64,000 nt of DNA from Mytilus edulis (lineage: Eukaryota), in assembly GCF_963676685.1 (NCBI RefSeq), contig NC_092353.1:34038001-34102000 (forward strand), read 5' to 3'. The notes beneath the pieces are model-generated. The model did not search any database and had not been told where the DNA came from. It saw only the letters and a list, made by a program, of their open reading frames with translations. The position numbers and the translations under genes were made by a program. Shown here piece after piece: positions 22,786-38,028 of the stretch (within the stretch, counting starts at the first letter, position 1; each line of letters begins with the position of its first letter).

Positions 22786-25700
22786 CAAATTATGTTACTT
22801 GTTCTGAATAATTATCTGCAGTTTGCAACACAGAGTATCTAAGCATTCTAGTATAGATATTTAATTTTTGATTTTCCCATTATGTGAACATTTTTGTAGA
22901 TTTTGGACATGCTGAAACTCACGAATCGTTTCATTTTGATCAAGCGTACCACTTTTTCAAGAATTTACCTGTTTTATAATTCCTCTGTACAGAAAAACAA
23001 GCTAGTGGCATAGATGTTTTAACATGGTCATTTTTTTTTTTGTTACTTTGGTGCGCATTCATCAATATATATGACAATCATGGCCTTTTTTATGTTTTTA
23101 TGTCTGGTTGGCTTAACTTCGGTAATCTTATCAAGAACAACTGAAATAACTGAAACTAAGCTTTACATATATTCCTTTAAAGTCCTTTAAAAGTGTTGTT
23201 ATTTGCCACCGATCAGACATTCAGAATAGATGCCAGTTGTAGTCAAAGTCTACAACCACTTGGGGAATACGTTTTGCTTTTCTTTTCTATAATGTTTACT
23301 GTGTATTTGGTGCCATGATATTGGTTACGTTTAGATAATTTGTGTTTCAACATATATTGCCTTCCCATCGGAACTTCTTCTTCTACTTGCTGACTCGTTC
23401 CTATTTTGCTTTGATTTTAAAGAGCAAATAAGTGACATGAAAAACATTTACTCAGAAATATTCCCTGGATGGTATAAATTAAAAGTGTTAAAGTGTTATG
23501 TTTACTTAAAGTTTGATTCTGGGTAAACGGTCAAATTTGGCTACTAAGGGCCATACAGATTGTTCAATTAGCCAGAACTTCCAAGCACTGTTGACTTGGT
23601 TGGTATATAACCTAACAGATGATGTTACATGGTGCCGATTTAAAATTAAATACGATAGACAATAGAGGTAAACGTTAACATTGAAACATGGGAAATCGTG
23701 ACATTTCTATACTCCTTTCGAGAACATAAGACATAGATAAAAATACGAAGATGTGGAATGCTTGCCAATGAGATAACGTTCCATCAGAGACGAAACGACA
23801 TATAATTTAGCAACGTATATGTCACCATAGTGCCCTCAACATTTCCGAGAAAAACTCAAACCTCATAGAACGCTATTAAAGGTCCTTAAATGATAAAGAT
23901 GAGACAATTTTAACGAGAAAACTTAACAGACTGATTTATACACAAATCAATAAATAAAAAAACATATACGATATACAGCCAAAAAATATAACCACCAAAT
24001 TGCTTTGGTTATAATAAAACAGCATTTACAAAGGTGTTTTAAACACTTCAACATATCGGAGTGAACGATCCAGACTGCAGGTGGTACATGTTTGATGGCA
24101 ATCTTCCAGCAAATGAGACTTATGAATTACAGTGCGTTGTTCTTATTTTCATTCATACAACCTTAACATGAATACCTTAGCGTTGAAAAAAAGTGTCCCT
24201 ATCAGTACATCTGAAAACATTTTACACTTTACATATTTTGTTTTTACATTGTAGAAGTTGCACATGAAGATGTTCGGACAAGATTTTTCTTTTTCTTTCT
24301 TACTTGAATTTTTCGGGAAATTACGAGTTGGTGACCTAGTAATATTTAACTAAAAATTCAGACTTCAGGGTTTGTGATTCGCTTTCTGTTACAATTTATA
24401 AAGTATAAACTTTCTATTTTGTAATCTTCTATATCATAATTTTGATAGAAGAAAGAATTCCAATTTCCCCAAAATTAATCACAAAATTGCTAGTTGGCAG
24501 TTAACTTGGTCATTGTTTTTGGTTGGTACAGTCAGAGTTTGTCAAACAAAATCCTAACAAGTCGCAAGGTTAGACCTTTGTTTAAAAGTAAGCCATTATG
24601 TGTGATATGACTACTAATTGGTGTATATGAGATCATCGGCAAACTCTCAATGCGGTCGTCACTGAAATAATACAATATCTCTTACGTTGTTTATTCAGCG
24701 ATAAGACATCATCAATACGTATCAGAAAGAACTTTTCAAGATTGCTTTATTTTCTTTTTGTCTAAAAGTCACCCAGTAGTGATCCGCACATAGTACACTA
24801 TTTGTATGATAGCTCAGAGGATAATAGAGCCAATTGTTCCACCTAGAAAACATTGTCAATCTGAGGTTGACAATGCTGTTCGTGGTCTTATGCAATTATA
24901 CTAGTATGCCATTTTTGAATGTTCTTTGATCATTGCCTTGAAAGTTCTGAACTATGACGTCACGTACAAAACAACGTTATGTACAGTTATTAGAAAAAAC
25001 AACACGGAACCGTGAATCAAGATATATTTATTTTGATTTTGACAGTCTATGCGCATTGTCTTTCATTTGTCGATGCTAATTCACTTTAAATTATCTATTT
25101 GTGAATGTTTAGCAGGAGAGGGTGACATTAAATTACGCCCGCTGAGCCACGGGATAGAAAAAATATTATCGTATTATCCAATCAAAATTTGGCAATTTGA
25201 CATGGCTGGTATAGAATATCGACTGCATGTTGAAAATCTTACACTCGTCAGTCATTATATTTAGATATTGTCTTCTTTTTTGTACTTTATAGTCCTATTT
25301 GCGCATACCTTATATTATAAAGATTATAAATTTACAAAAAAAAAGACAATTGAAATTTATTTACGTACTTTCTGGTGCATTATTTTTTGTTGTATAATGG
25401 GTATTCCCTTGGATCATAATTGTTTTTAACTTCTTCAGAAGAGAGTTCCATTACCAAACACTGGGATTTAAAACATGACGCACAAAGGATAACTATCTCA
25501 AAAATAAAAACAGTAGTAGACCAAAATAAGAAAATACTGTCAATATAAAACGAAGCCCTGAGCCACACAGATAACTGTTTCATGAAAGAATTCCGTTGGA
25601 AATCAGTTCCATAGCGTAAGCTAAATTTAGAATCGAACATGCTTACGCCATACTTTTGTCAACAAAGCGTTATTCGACATGTGTGTCAATTTTCTACATA

Positions 25701-25948
25701 TCTGTCTATTTGTCAAATGAAAATTGATTGTCAGTAAGGTTGCTAAATATAAAATCTCCATCTTCTTTATTTGAAATGAAAAGAATTTTTATTGGGTTTC
25801 ACTTCAGTCATTCATTCAGGCCAAGTCAAGAACAAACATGTACATTTCTGTGTCCTATAATTTCACTGAAAAGGATAAGATTCATTCATCCTTGTTACAT
25901 GTTAATTCAGGGTTCATTCACACACAGTAATTTCGCCTTAATTGTTAA

Positions 25949-26936
25949 TATGAAGCAGGCATTACATGTGAAAGGGGACGAAGTCTGTATGAATTAATTT
26001 TTTTTGTAAGTTCAAAATCTGTTAAAAAAGAAACGGAAATACTGTAACATTTCCGATTTTGGTTCTGTTTGGGATTTTACTTGTGACGTTATTTATGTTA
26101 TCACGTCATGTTCAATGAAAACAAAGAAACGCGATCATCAGGTAACGTTCATTCATCGTGTTCATATCAAAGACATTTGAAGAATTATTGAAAATGAAAT
26201 TGGTATTGTGTTCCTTGAGTTCCTATATTTTACTAGACAACTCAAAAGTCTCATGACAACAAGACCGAAAAAAGGAAGTAGATTTCTGCGTTCTGCGCAA
26301 ATGCGAGAATTTAAAAAAGCATAACAATTTTGAGTTCATTAGTACAATGAAAATTTCGTGAAATTTTCCCCGATTTTATTTATTTAAAAATTTTTTTTTA
26401 TTGATTTTTCTATTGTAATAGGGGACTTTGTCCCCATAATATGAGGCAGGCATTACCTGTAAATGGGGACGAAGTCTGTATGTTTTATTTTTTTGTTACT
26501 TAAATATTTGTTAGAAAAAAGAAACCGAAATACCGTAACGTTTCTGATTTTAGGTCTATTGTTAGGGATTTTAGTTGTGACATTATTTAAGTTATGACGT
26601 CATATGCAATGTAAACAAAGAAATGCTATTATCAGGCAACGTTTTTTCATATCAAGGAATTATTAAAAATGAAATTGGTATTGCTTTCCTTCCTATTTTA
26701 TACTAGACTGATCGATATATATTTTGCTCAAAGTTTCATACAAACGAGACCGGAAAAAGGAAGTTCATTGTAGAATTCTAAGCAGATGCGGGAATTCAAA
26801 ACATGACATTAAAAAAATTGAATGATTTTGAGTTCATTAGTACAATAAAAAAGTCGGGAAAATTTTCCTGATTTTTTTTTTTTTTTTTTATTGATTTTTC
26901 TACTGTTATCATGGATATTGGGGACTTTGTCCCCAT
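25949..26936. mobile_element. Tandem pair of ~490-bp diverged MITE-containing units
   Basis: Units start TATGA(A/G)GCAGGCATTAC at ~25949 and ~26440. Each contains GGGGACGAAGTC ... GACTTTGTCCCC inverted termini. Confidence 0.75.
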
Positions 26937-27163
26937 ATAAAAAATAAAAAAAAAAAAGGAAGAAGGGTTCTTATAAATACATGTATACTGAATCTAAAAT
27001 TGATGAAGCAGAGGGCAAAACGAAATATTTTATGAATCAAGATTCTCCTCATACTTTCTACTGTTTAATTTTGAACTTTTTCATTGTAGATAGGATGGAC
27101 TACTAAATTATGATAATGTTATTTACATTTGTGTATCTATTTCTTTTTTTTTAGGGTTGAAGT

Positions 27164-30100
27164 ATGGCCTACTGGGATGGAGGCTCGGGAAGTGGTGGAA
27201 AGAAACCATCTGATATGAGGCAGCTTTCACCTCGTAAAGGGCAGGTAACTCCAGAATCAGAGGAACAAGTTATAGAAGAGACAGAGGATGTTGTGAGAAA
27301 TTTTTTATTTGAACGATATACAGAGGACCTATCCAGTCAGTCAGACGACAGTTCAACTGAGACAACACCTCAGATTCAAGAGTTTATGAATTTTACATCT
27401 GACCCACTGAGGTAATATGATACAATTACATAGCAAGAAAATAAAAGACCTTTAGTTCCACCATGCCCACTGAAAACAGAAGTAATGGTACATGTAGCAT
27501 AGTAAGAACATTCAAATACTTTGAAAAAGTTCTATAAAAAAAAATCATGAGAAATAAATTGACATCCTGTGTAATTGATGAAAATCAATAGGTTAAAAAC
27601 TATTTGTAAGGGAATTACTTCATTCAAGTAGGACATTCAACATTTGTTAGCTATATATAGGGGGAAAAGCCTTTACTAGCTATATATAGGGAAATGATTT
27701 ATTTAATCAAAATCATAAATTTGCTTATGAATCTCATCTTGGCCTGTGTAAGCTGTGTTGTGATATGATTCAATGCAGATATCATATACATGTATGAAAA
27801 TATTTTAAAATAAATTGAGTCACTAATAGAAAAGATAACAATATTTTTAAAGCCAGGTCCCTATACCTAAATGTATTGATAATGTAAACACATTGATAAT
27901 CATTAAATTATATGATTGTGATGCCCAGGTCTACTTCCTGCTAAATGCTTAAAATTAGTTGTTATGGTTGATCTGCTTTTGACCTCATAAAAGCTTTATG
28001 GTGAAGAAATGTTCACAAAAATTATGTTTCACTACTGTTTTTAGCAACTTTAATGTACATTATGTTGATTAAAAGAAAATAAGACTAAAAGAAAATAAGA
28101 CATTCTTGATGGGGAATGTACAAATTTTTGATTTCCCTATAAATACTGTGAGACACAAAACAGCCTTGGCAGGTGCTGATGAAACTGATACATCTATTGC
28201 AGCTTCCCAGGATACATACACATATACATGTTTGGTCTTTCTTATTCAAAGCATATAATGTCATAATATATTACACCTTTATTTTTCAGTCAAGCATCAC
28301 AAGTAGGCAGACAGCTTGCCATCATTGGTGATGATATAAATAGGAGATATGCTGATGAGTTCAGTGATATGATACAACAGTTGAGAATTACTCAAGACAC
28401 AGCATATGATGTATTTGCCAGAGTTGCCAAAAAGTAAGCAAGTTCAATTTTGGTTTATTACGTAAAGGTATTATTTTTTCATTCACTGTAAACAACTGTC
28501 AAAAATAAATTTATTGGTTCAAATAGATACTATCCATGTCTACTTAAAGCATTTTATTAATGAAATGAACTCAGATATTTTGATTATAAAATGATGTGCA
28601 TGTGTATAACCATAATGTAAAGAAAAGTATTTTATTCTTAATTTAATACATATTGTGCATGGCATACAAATTAATCTGTTCTATATACAATTATAGATAA
28701 AGAAAGATAACTCTGAAATTAAAAATATTGCCTTATATGTTCTAATTTATTTAATACTATGCATTTTGAGTTTACTATGCAAAATCAAAGCAATCTTTAC
28801 CCCTCAGTAATTCAAAGCACTTGATTCTAATTGTATATATGGGAGAACATCCCTAATGCGCCTCGAAATGAGGAACTCAAAAGTCACGTGTAAAGAAAAA
28901 ATCTCTGTGTAGTGATATTTTACATGTTTCTATTTTTTACAAATGACTGAGCTTAACCATTTGTGGTGATTTGGAAAGTAGAGGAACATAGAATAAATGT
29001 GTAAAAAAATATGGAGCTATTAAATGTGTTCAAAGTATTAAATTTTTAAAGAACTTATTGTGTTGAAAAGGGGATATTTTGCCACAAGGAGCCGCATCAC
29101 GAAAGGATGTTCGGGGTATGCTAATTTACGGAAAAAGTAATCTCATTTCGTACCCCGAAAATTTAACCACATATGTGAAAATGTCACAGCTTGGAAACGA
29201 GCTATCATACATGTCCAAGTTTACGATATGGACTGAGCAACGGGAAAAAACGTTACCATTACCGCCAATGTAAAAAAAATTAAAGATATTGACCCATATG
29301 TTCCTACCACACATTTGTTATATTGTCAGAACAAAAATTCTGTACTTTTCTCTGCGACATTAGCTACAAAACAGAAATACTTCATATTTGGTTGAAATGC
29401 ACTGATAAGATGTAATGTGTGCCGGAATGCACTTTCCAAATCTGCGACACATCATTTTTAACAATTTGCTGGTATTTTTAATTTTACATATGTTGAATAA
29501 AACAAATATTTTCATCACACAATTATATCAAAAACTAGTGAATAAAATGCCTCCATTTTAAGTCAGGAACTGGTTGTTCAGCGGTTGTCACTTGTTGATG
29601 TGGTTCATATTTATATTAAGTGTTTCTTGTTTTTTGTTTGTTTTATTTTTTAGATTAGATAGTTGGTTTTTCTGTTTGAATTCATTTAAACTACTGATTT
29701 TGGGGCTGTTTATAGCTTGCAGTTCAGTGTGAATCAAGACTCTGTTGAAGGCCATACTTTGACCTGTAATGGTTTATTTTTTTTCAGACATTCTGACAAG
29801 GATAGAGAGTTTTCTCATTTACACTCATACCACACCTTCTTATTTCTATATACTTATTGCATATAACCAGTTCTATTACCGCTAGTGGACTTTAAAAAAT
29901 CAAGCTTTAAAAAAAAACTCCTCATACCGCTATATCTTAAACAAATTGTTAACATTAATTACATTCCATGTTTGTTGTCTATTTATAGAATTTTTGCTGA
30001 AGGTATTAACTGGGGACGTGTAGCAGCATTACTATGTTTTGCCTATCGTATTGTGATAGAAGTTTCCAAAGAAAAAGCTTCTCAGTTTGGACAGTTTGTT

Positions 30101-30886
30101 AAACTAATAGTTCATTATGTAGTGAGATTTATCAGGGAAAAAATAGTGGATTGGATTGTACAAAGAGGTGGATGGGTAAGTTGTCATAGTTACTTGATAC
30201 TGTGTTACAACTTGTTATATTTGTCTATGATGGAGGAAGATATATGTTAATTATCATCTGATCCAAACAAGTCATATTTGGTAGGATATCTTTATCTTGT
30301 GGTTTATTTTGTTATAAATAGCTACACCTACATCAGGTAAAGAAACAGTCTTATTTTCTGGAATTTCATGGGTCAAGTGAAAAAAAAAATCTATCTGTAG
30401 GTTGAATTCATGTGTATGCAGATTGTGTAAAAAATATATTGTTTCACTTTCTTAATCCAAAATCAGTACCATAAGAACAAATAATCCACAGAATATACTG
30501 CTTCTATCAATCTCAACTTCTAGTTGACAATGTACAAAACTGCAGTTAAAAAGCAGGACTGGATTTCATAAATAATGTTAAAAAATAAGCAGTTTGCACA
30601 ATGTTTTAAACCTTATTAAAGTGACTTACCAGAAAACACTTGACCCGTATACTTATTACAAAAATGTGTGCTGGTAATAACAAAGGCTTTTTGTCCTAAT
30701 TAATTTGATTGTTATTTTTCAAACATTTTTGTAAAATAATGGATACAAGATTTAAATCTTACCGTTTTATATTTTCAGAGTGATGCCCTAAATTACACCC
30801 TACCCTCTAGTGTAGGTTATATAGCAGTTGGTGTGTGCTGTCTTGCTGCTGTAGCTGCAGTGTTGTATTTCAAAAGAGGAAGTTAA
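27164..30886 (+). CDS. BAK1: Bcl-2 homologous antagonist/killer (Bak)-like pro-apoptotic protein, 228 aa; join(27164-27411,28290-28433,29989-30175,30779-30886)
   Basis: BH3 QVGRQLAIIGDDINRRY, BH1 IFAEGINWGRVAALL, BH2 WIVQRGGW, C-terminal TM anchor VGYIAVGVCCLAAVAAVLYF-KRGS*. GT-AG introns with consistent phases. An acceptor at 27153-27154 implies a non-coding first exon upstream. Confidence 0.95.
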
Positions 30887-32581
30887 CTTAGAGTGACACC
30901 TAGTGTTAGATATTATTATAGTAGAGACATTCTATGGTGATATCTTGTGGTAACCACATGCAGATCTCTCGTTAATAAAATATGCTGATTAAAATATGCA
31001 TAATTAATTGTTACAAATGTAGATATATTTTGTTTTAACAATTGTAAATATATTAAATTTATAATTTTATAATAAAAATTGTTAGAAAAATGGTCATAGG
31101 TACATTTAGGAAGAAAATGAAATTTTTTAACTTTTCTAGAAATAAAGTTATTAAGAGAGGGGAGGAAGGTACTTCAGATCACACTTCCTAGCATTTTTCA
31201 GGCAGATTTACTAAAACAACATCCTTTAAGATTTCTTTTCAAGTGCCTTTCAACAACAAGTGCTATTATTTCTGGTAAATTAGTTTTGGATAGTGTAAAA
31301 TTTTGATCATGGACAAGCACACTTTTTTTTATTTTTGCCCAAATTACAAGATAGCCTACCATACTCATCTTCAAGGGTTTATGCTTAAACCCCAAAATTG
31401 AAAATTCCTCAGTAATAATATAATTCTCTTTGCTCAGATCACATATTTAGAATGTACTTAGTGTTATTTAAAAAACCCATGTACTAACACAGGTTTTGAA
31501 AATGAATTTCTGAATGCCTTTCATACTGTGATCAAAGAACCTTATTGTTTTTTGTTATCTTTGTGCCTTGTTGGTGCATTTAGTTTTTAATTTATTTTGT
31601 TATATGCAATTTTACTATTCAGAATGTTGAAGTCTTGTACTTGCAAGAGATTATTTGGATTTGTTTTAGTCAGATGTGAAGTGTTGATTTGTAATATTTG
31701 ATGAGCAACATTATCTAAAGGACATACTTGCCTTTTTAAGGCCAACGTTGAGTTTGCATGTGTTACACAGTCAAAATCTTTGAAAGGAAAATATCACTTA
31801 GATGGGATTTTAAGACAATCTGGTCATAATTTGTGACATGGGTTTCAACTTGCTTTGATTATAAAGAAAGAACATGAATTAATAGAACATTTAATTTTAA
31901 TATCATAGTTTAAGGAAAATAGATTTGAAATTACATTTTTACACATTTTTCTCCTGTGTGATGATTAATCAAGTACATAATGTTTTTGTTCCCCTTAATT
32001 TGAGAGTTGAGCTTCATTTTATCCACATTCCTGACATAATTGTAGTTATAAAATACTTCTTTGTACACTTATTTATACTAATATATTTATATGTTTTATG
32101 CAAATTATTCCTGTTAATTGCAAAACATGACATAAATGTATTAATGCATGGTGTCCAGTTGTTTAGAACAAACAACAGTTTTGTGTGTAGTCTCATGTTT
32201 GATGATTAAACTCAGGTTGAATTGTAAATATAATGAAGTATTTAACTATTATTTCATGTATTTAACATTTAATCCAATTAAATTTTTGATGGATTAAAGA
32301 AGAAAATTTTCAATATCTTAGCTCTATTGATTATAATTTAGATACCAAGTTTTTTTTCTACTCTCCATACAAATGATCCATCAATAATTGAACTCTTTTC
32401 CTCATAATATTTAAAAAAAAAAAATACAATTTTCATTTGCAAATTTTGAATGTAGGATACCAATAAAGAGGTTATTTTTTTATTTTAAAATTTGTTTGAT
32501 GTGATATGCATATTAGATAGGCAGATTATATATGTATTAGTACTTCAGCGATTATAATTTGAGAGTTTGAGTCATTTACAA

Positions 32582-33387
32582 TCATCAGATATGAATATAC
32601 AATCTAGTGCCAAATGTTAAAATGAAAAAGGGTAATAATGTTGGCCATCTAGTCATCTTTTCAATGTTTTTACCATTCTTATATGAAGGAAAAACCAGAA
32701 CTGCATCAGATATTACTGATTTGTAAGGGGGTGTTCCCTGAAGTTTGCTATGGGTTTTGAGAGGGGTTGGGAACACATGAAAATAATGACATAACCATTT
32801 GAAAGATAGGTATACCGTTATTGAGGTTCTGCTTCTTGACTCTCTTTTAAATCAGATATGAATATACAATCTAGTGCCAAATGTTAAAATGAAAAAGGGT
32901 AATAATGTTGGCCATCTAGTCATCTTTTCAATGTTTTTACCATTCTTATATGAAGGAAAAACCAAAACTGCATCAGATATTACTGATTTGTAAGGGGGTG
33001 TTCCCTGAAGTTTGCTATGGGTTTTGAGAGGGGTTGGGAACACATGAAAATAATGACATAACCATTTGAAAGATAGGTATACCGTTATTGAGGTTCTGCT
33101 TCTTGACTCTCTTTTAAATCAGATATGAATATACAATCTAGTGCCAAATGTTAAAATGAAAAAGGGTAATAATGTTGGCCATCTAGTCATCTTTTCAATG
33201 TTTTTACCATTCTTATATGAAAGAAAAACCAGAACTGCATCAGATATTACTGATTTGTAAGGGGTGTTCCCTGAAGTTTGCTATGGGTTTTGAGAGGGGT
33301 TGGGAACACATGAAAATAATGACATAACCATTTGAAAGATAGGTGTACCGTTATCTAGGTTCTGCTTCTTGACTCTCTTTTAAATCA
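32582..33387. repeat. Three near-identical tandem copies of a 267-bp unit
   Basis: ATCAGATATGAATATACAATCTAGTGCC recurs at 267-bp spacing; identical pseudo-ORFs at 32585-32776 and 32852-33043. Confidence 0.95.
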
Positions 33388-34402
33388 AACAGTAGAACAG
33401 CCTGAACCCTTTTATTTTGCATTTGATCATTACTATTGAAAACAAATGGGAGCAGCTGATACTGGTTGAAATCAGAATATCTCTGGTGATTTTTTCCTAG
33501 ATGACAAGTTGTGTTATGGGTCTAGTAATAAATATTTAGACCTTATATTTAGTGATGTAATTAGAATTTTCATCAACCATAGCACATATCATTTATAAAG
33601 TATAAATGGCCAGTACTCTATGAAAATTTATGTTTTTTGTTTGTAAAGATGAACATGTATATTGAATGGAGTTTAGATAAATGTAAATATGTGCAGCAGC
33701 TGTCGTTTATATCAAGAAAGAATCTGTGGAACATATTGTTTGTCCGGTGTTAGCATGTCATGCACTAGCTCAAGAATGCCTCAAGTGATTTACTTCATAC
33801 CAAATTATTGAGAATAGTGGTTTAAGGGTCTGCATACTTTTAAACAATTTTGACTTATACTTTTTCTGAGTTATGGGACTTCATTCATGTTTTTACATGT
33901 CACACTCTTTTTTGTTTGTCAAAAAGTTTATATGATCGCTCTCATTGTTGTGTTAATATGTGCATAAGGTGAACTTGGAGAAGCACTTTATCAAGAATTG
34001 AAATCATCTTTTTTTGTCTTCATATTCTGTAGGTGTTTCTGTTATTTTTTAACAATCATAGGAGATACAACATATCTAGTTTAAGGTCTTGCTCAGATTT
34101 ACTTTATTTGCTCAAGATAAGATAATCTCTAGAAGAGTTCATAGCATAAATTTCTATCATTAGAGACCAACATAAGCATTTGATTACAAACCTTCCACAT
34201 TATTCAAATAAGTTACTATGTCACTCTTTATGTTATGATGTCATATTGATAGTGTCATCATAGTTGACATTTCAACTTTTTGTATGAAATTGTTTTCAAT
34301 ATTTCATATTATGATAAAAGGGAAATATACAATTACTTAACTTACTTAAAATGAGTAACTTTAAGAATGATAACCTAGCTTCCGGTTAGATTTTACTTAG
34401 GA

Positions 34403-34612
34403 ACTGTAAATTCAGAAATTATTGCGTGCATTTATTATTGCGATTTTGTGTCATTTTAGACTTAAATGCAATTTTAAATTTAAGGATTTTGAGAAAAATC
34501 CTGTTTAATTGATATAAAACAATTCAAAATGCGAGTTTAAATTATTGCGTTTACAACGCTGTCATATTTTTTGCAATAATAAAAACATCGCAATAATTTC
34601 TGAATTTACAGT
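34403..34612. mobile_element. MITE with 24-bp perfect TIR
   Basis: ACTGTAAATTCAGAAATTATTGCG (34403-34426) / CGCAATAATTTCTGAATTTACAGT (34589-34612). Confidence 0.85.
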
Positions 34613-35547
34613 ACATGTAGTATTATTATCATTTGTATTGGCTTTTATGCAGTTGTTGAGAAAACCATCATATTTAATATAATTTTCATTTTGAATTTAA
34701 TAAATTTGTTCTCATTCTACGAAATTGGTTCCCACAAAAAAAAAAGAAATGAATCCACACAAGATAAAAGTTTGTTAGCAATATTCACCATTTCACAATA
34801 ATAAAATGCATGTAGTCATTAAAAATTAAGATAAGGTCATTTAAAGTGATCAAATCTTTATTGTTTTGATCACATTTCACAAAGTTAACTTGATAATCTT
34901 TGTAACCACCGCCAGTTTCAAAAGATCGAACAGGTTTAAATGACAAGACTGATGGTTAGTTTTAGTTATATTCATTTTCAATCTAAGCATATATATATAT
35001 AGATGAAATGATAATCTTAGATTAGATTGGTTACAAAATAAGAATGAAAATCTTAGATTTAGATTGGGCACAAAATAAAAATGATAATCTTACATTAGAT
35101 TGGTCACAAAATAAGAATGATAATCCTACATAATTTTTGTTATAGAACAAAACTAAAAACCTAAAAACAGTATTGACAATAAAAGTACTTACTTTATGTT
35201 TGTGTGTATTCTTATGTCTGTGTGTGTTTCATTGAATCCAATGAAAGGGATTTTACTGTAGATTGTAATGTGCTTTAAACATTCAACAATTGATAAGTAA
35301 ACTTTTTATTACAATGTAATACTTTTTTGCTTTAAGTGCTGTGATTTACAAATATATGATATTATTGTGAAGTCAGCCTTGATACTTTTATTTTCGTAAA
35401 TTGACGAATCAAGATTCTATTTATATACTTGTTTATTTTCTTACAAAGCAGTATTGAGCAAGATACTTAAATTTAGCTTTACCTAATAACAAATGAAAAC
35501 CAGTTTATTTACACCCTTATCAAGAAATAGATATTTAAAGAGCTTAA

Positions 35548-35755
35548 GGAGGTAGACCTTGGTGAAGGGAAATAAGTCTTAAAATCATCAGTACGTTTGT
35601 GTCAACCATTTTCAAAAACATATTCTAAGCTTCTAGGTTACATAGATTATTTTCAATCTGTTTCAGGTAAATGCTTAAAATACATTGATGAACTTGACTT
35701 TCACAAACGCTTTACTGATTTAAAGAGTTATCTCCCTGAACCAAGGTCTTCCCCC
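35548..35755. mobile_element. TTAA-flanked MITE (Kolobok-like)
   Basis: TTAA-GGAGGTAGACCTTGGTGAAGGGA ... TCCCTGAACCAAGGTCTTCCCCC-TTAA. Confidence 0.7.
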
Positions 35756-38028
35756 TTAAATAACATGCAGATATTTTTTTATGAAGCACAGAACCATGTA
35801 GTTAATTATATGACCATTTTACTGATTACCAATAATATATTTTATTATGATTTTCATTAGTGTAATGAAGGATATGTTCATGAAATCCACTGTAAACAAA
35901 TTGAATTTCATGTTCTCGGGACATCTGTTGATGTAAATAATAAAAAGATAATAGAAAAAAAAGAAAGTTTGGATTTTCACCCGGCATAGATATTGTTTTA
36001 ACAAAAAGTCGAGGTGAAAACTAGTTGGTTTACTTTTTTCGTGAAAAAAAAACTCAGAAAAAATTCTTATCTGCTTCCATTTTATGAATAATTGTCATGA
36101 AATGACTCTAAAGAGGAAGTTTTTGACCTGAATGATAAATTATTATAATTAAAAATCTATACCTTTTATAAATACTTAACTAGTCCAAACTATTTTATGG
36201 CATTGTAATTGTTTGAATGTTAAATTTTTTGTTACAAATTTTATGAAATGATTTTATTGACAAAAGAAAACTAAAGATATAAGGACTAAACTTTCTTACA
36301 ATTAACTGAACTAAAGAAAGTAAAATAACATGCTTATGTTGGTGAGATGGACATATGTTTTACTGAATTTTAAAGTTCATGTTTGAAATGTATGATTTTA
36401 TAAAAAGTCTCAAATTGATTGTCATATTATAAGAATGTTTCTACATCATTGCTTCACCTCAGACACAATGATTTATTCACCTGGGGTTGAATTTATAAAA
36501 CTTTGCTAAGTGCTTAGAGCACAAAAATCATGCTCGAAACATGAAATCCAAAATTTTCATTGGTTGATTTTCAAGTACGAGTACAAAAAACCGACTCGAA
36601 AGTTTTATGACTGCAAGGACTCCTATTCTAGATAAAAGATTCATATTTTTCTTTAAGCATCTTACGCTTTTTCATTGTTTGTAATTTCAAAATCAGAAGA
36701 TAAATCCCAACGTATGTTGTTTACAAATTAAGAGTAATATGAGTTTACTGTTTTCATTATTTTATTGTTTTATTTTACATGGTGAAAGAAGTTTTGAAGA
36801 AGGTTTTAATCTTATTTGTATCCATAGATTATGCTCTTCATAAAATATGTATAAATGGACGATAAAAACATGTGATTAAAGAAGAAGTAACTTAATTTCA
36901 GCAATCAGAACAAATTTTAATCAATTCATTTTCCATTTATGTATCATTATTATATGCAAATGCAATCACTGAGATTATTGTTTAGAATTAGGAATGGGCT
37001 ATTCCTTAATTAAATCCAGATGGTAAAAGGCACTGAAAATGAAAAAAACAAGGTATGGTGATTTCAAAATAATCTTTTGCACTAAAATTAGTTAAATTAC
37101 TTAATAAATTAGCATCAGTGGGGTATTGCAGAATTAGGTACCTGATCTACATGATAAAAACATTAAATTAGATGATATATGATGTGGTAAAAATTTTGAA
37201 ACTATCTCGTTACTTTCATCATTTGAGAATGTATGTGTTTAACAATGAATTTGAATGAAAATGACCAAATAAATAGCTTTAAAATAGCAGAAAAGTTAAA
37301 ATTATTGAAAATAGTCAGTTTAGTAAAAGTCTTGAGAATACTTTGTTTTTGATGCTCAGGATTTTGACTATTTTATATATTTTCCATGAACTTCAACATG
37401 ATTCATTTTATTTGTTTTTATAATGAACTACTGAAGTGCCTTTGAAAATATAGTTAACAATATGAGTGTTTGTTGATTTTCAGTTTTTGTGAACAATTGT
37501 ATAAAACATTTGTTATTGAGATATTAAACCACTTACTACAAACATATTATTTTTTCATAAGGCATTATAACTTCAAAACACAAAAAAGGTGGAAATGTAC
37601 CATTGCTCCTTAGCTTAATGACCATGCAACTATCAAATTCTCTTAACTTGATTGGTTGATCATATCCTTGTCTGAAAAAAAAATTGATCAAAGATACCAG
37701 GATTATAATTGTGTACATCAGAATTTTATCTGAGGTCATTATTGTATTTCTGTGGTAGGCTGAAACATTGAATGCTGTTTGATGATTTACCTGATAAGCT
37801 ATGTTCTATGGTCTTCTTCTTTATATGCAGAAAGTAGAAAGTTGATGAACCAGGACTATGTCAAAGAACATCTCATCATCTTTGGTATATTTTGTGTTCT
37901 TGTCTTTCGTTTTTGCTTGTGTGCATTGTCTAGATGTCTTTTTGTCTGTCTTTGTTGACATATTTGTTTGTTTTATAGTATTTAAAATGATGATACAATT
38001 CTGATGCTGTAACCCAAGTTTTTGACGT

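Noticed and set aside
24250-24570. BAK promoter and first exon with NF-kB, STAT or p53-like sites
   Set aside because: Motif matches are partial and expected by chance. A donor-like AAG|GTTAGA at ~24568 is suggestive but unsupported without transcript data.
32585-33043. Duplicated 63-aa ORFs
   Set aside because: Products of the 267-bp tandem repeat; the third copy is frameshifted and there is no recognisable domain.
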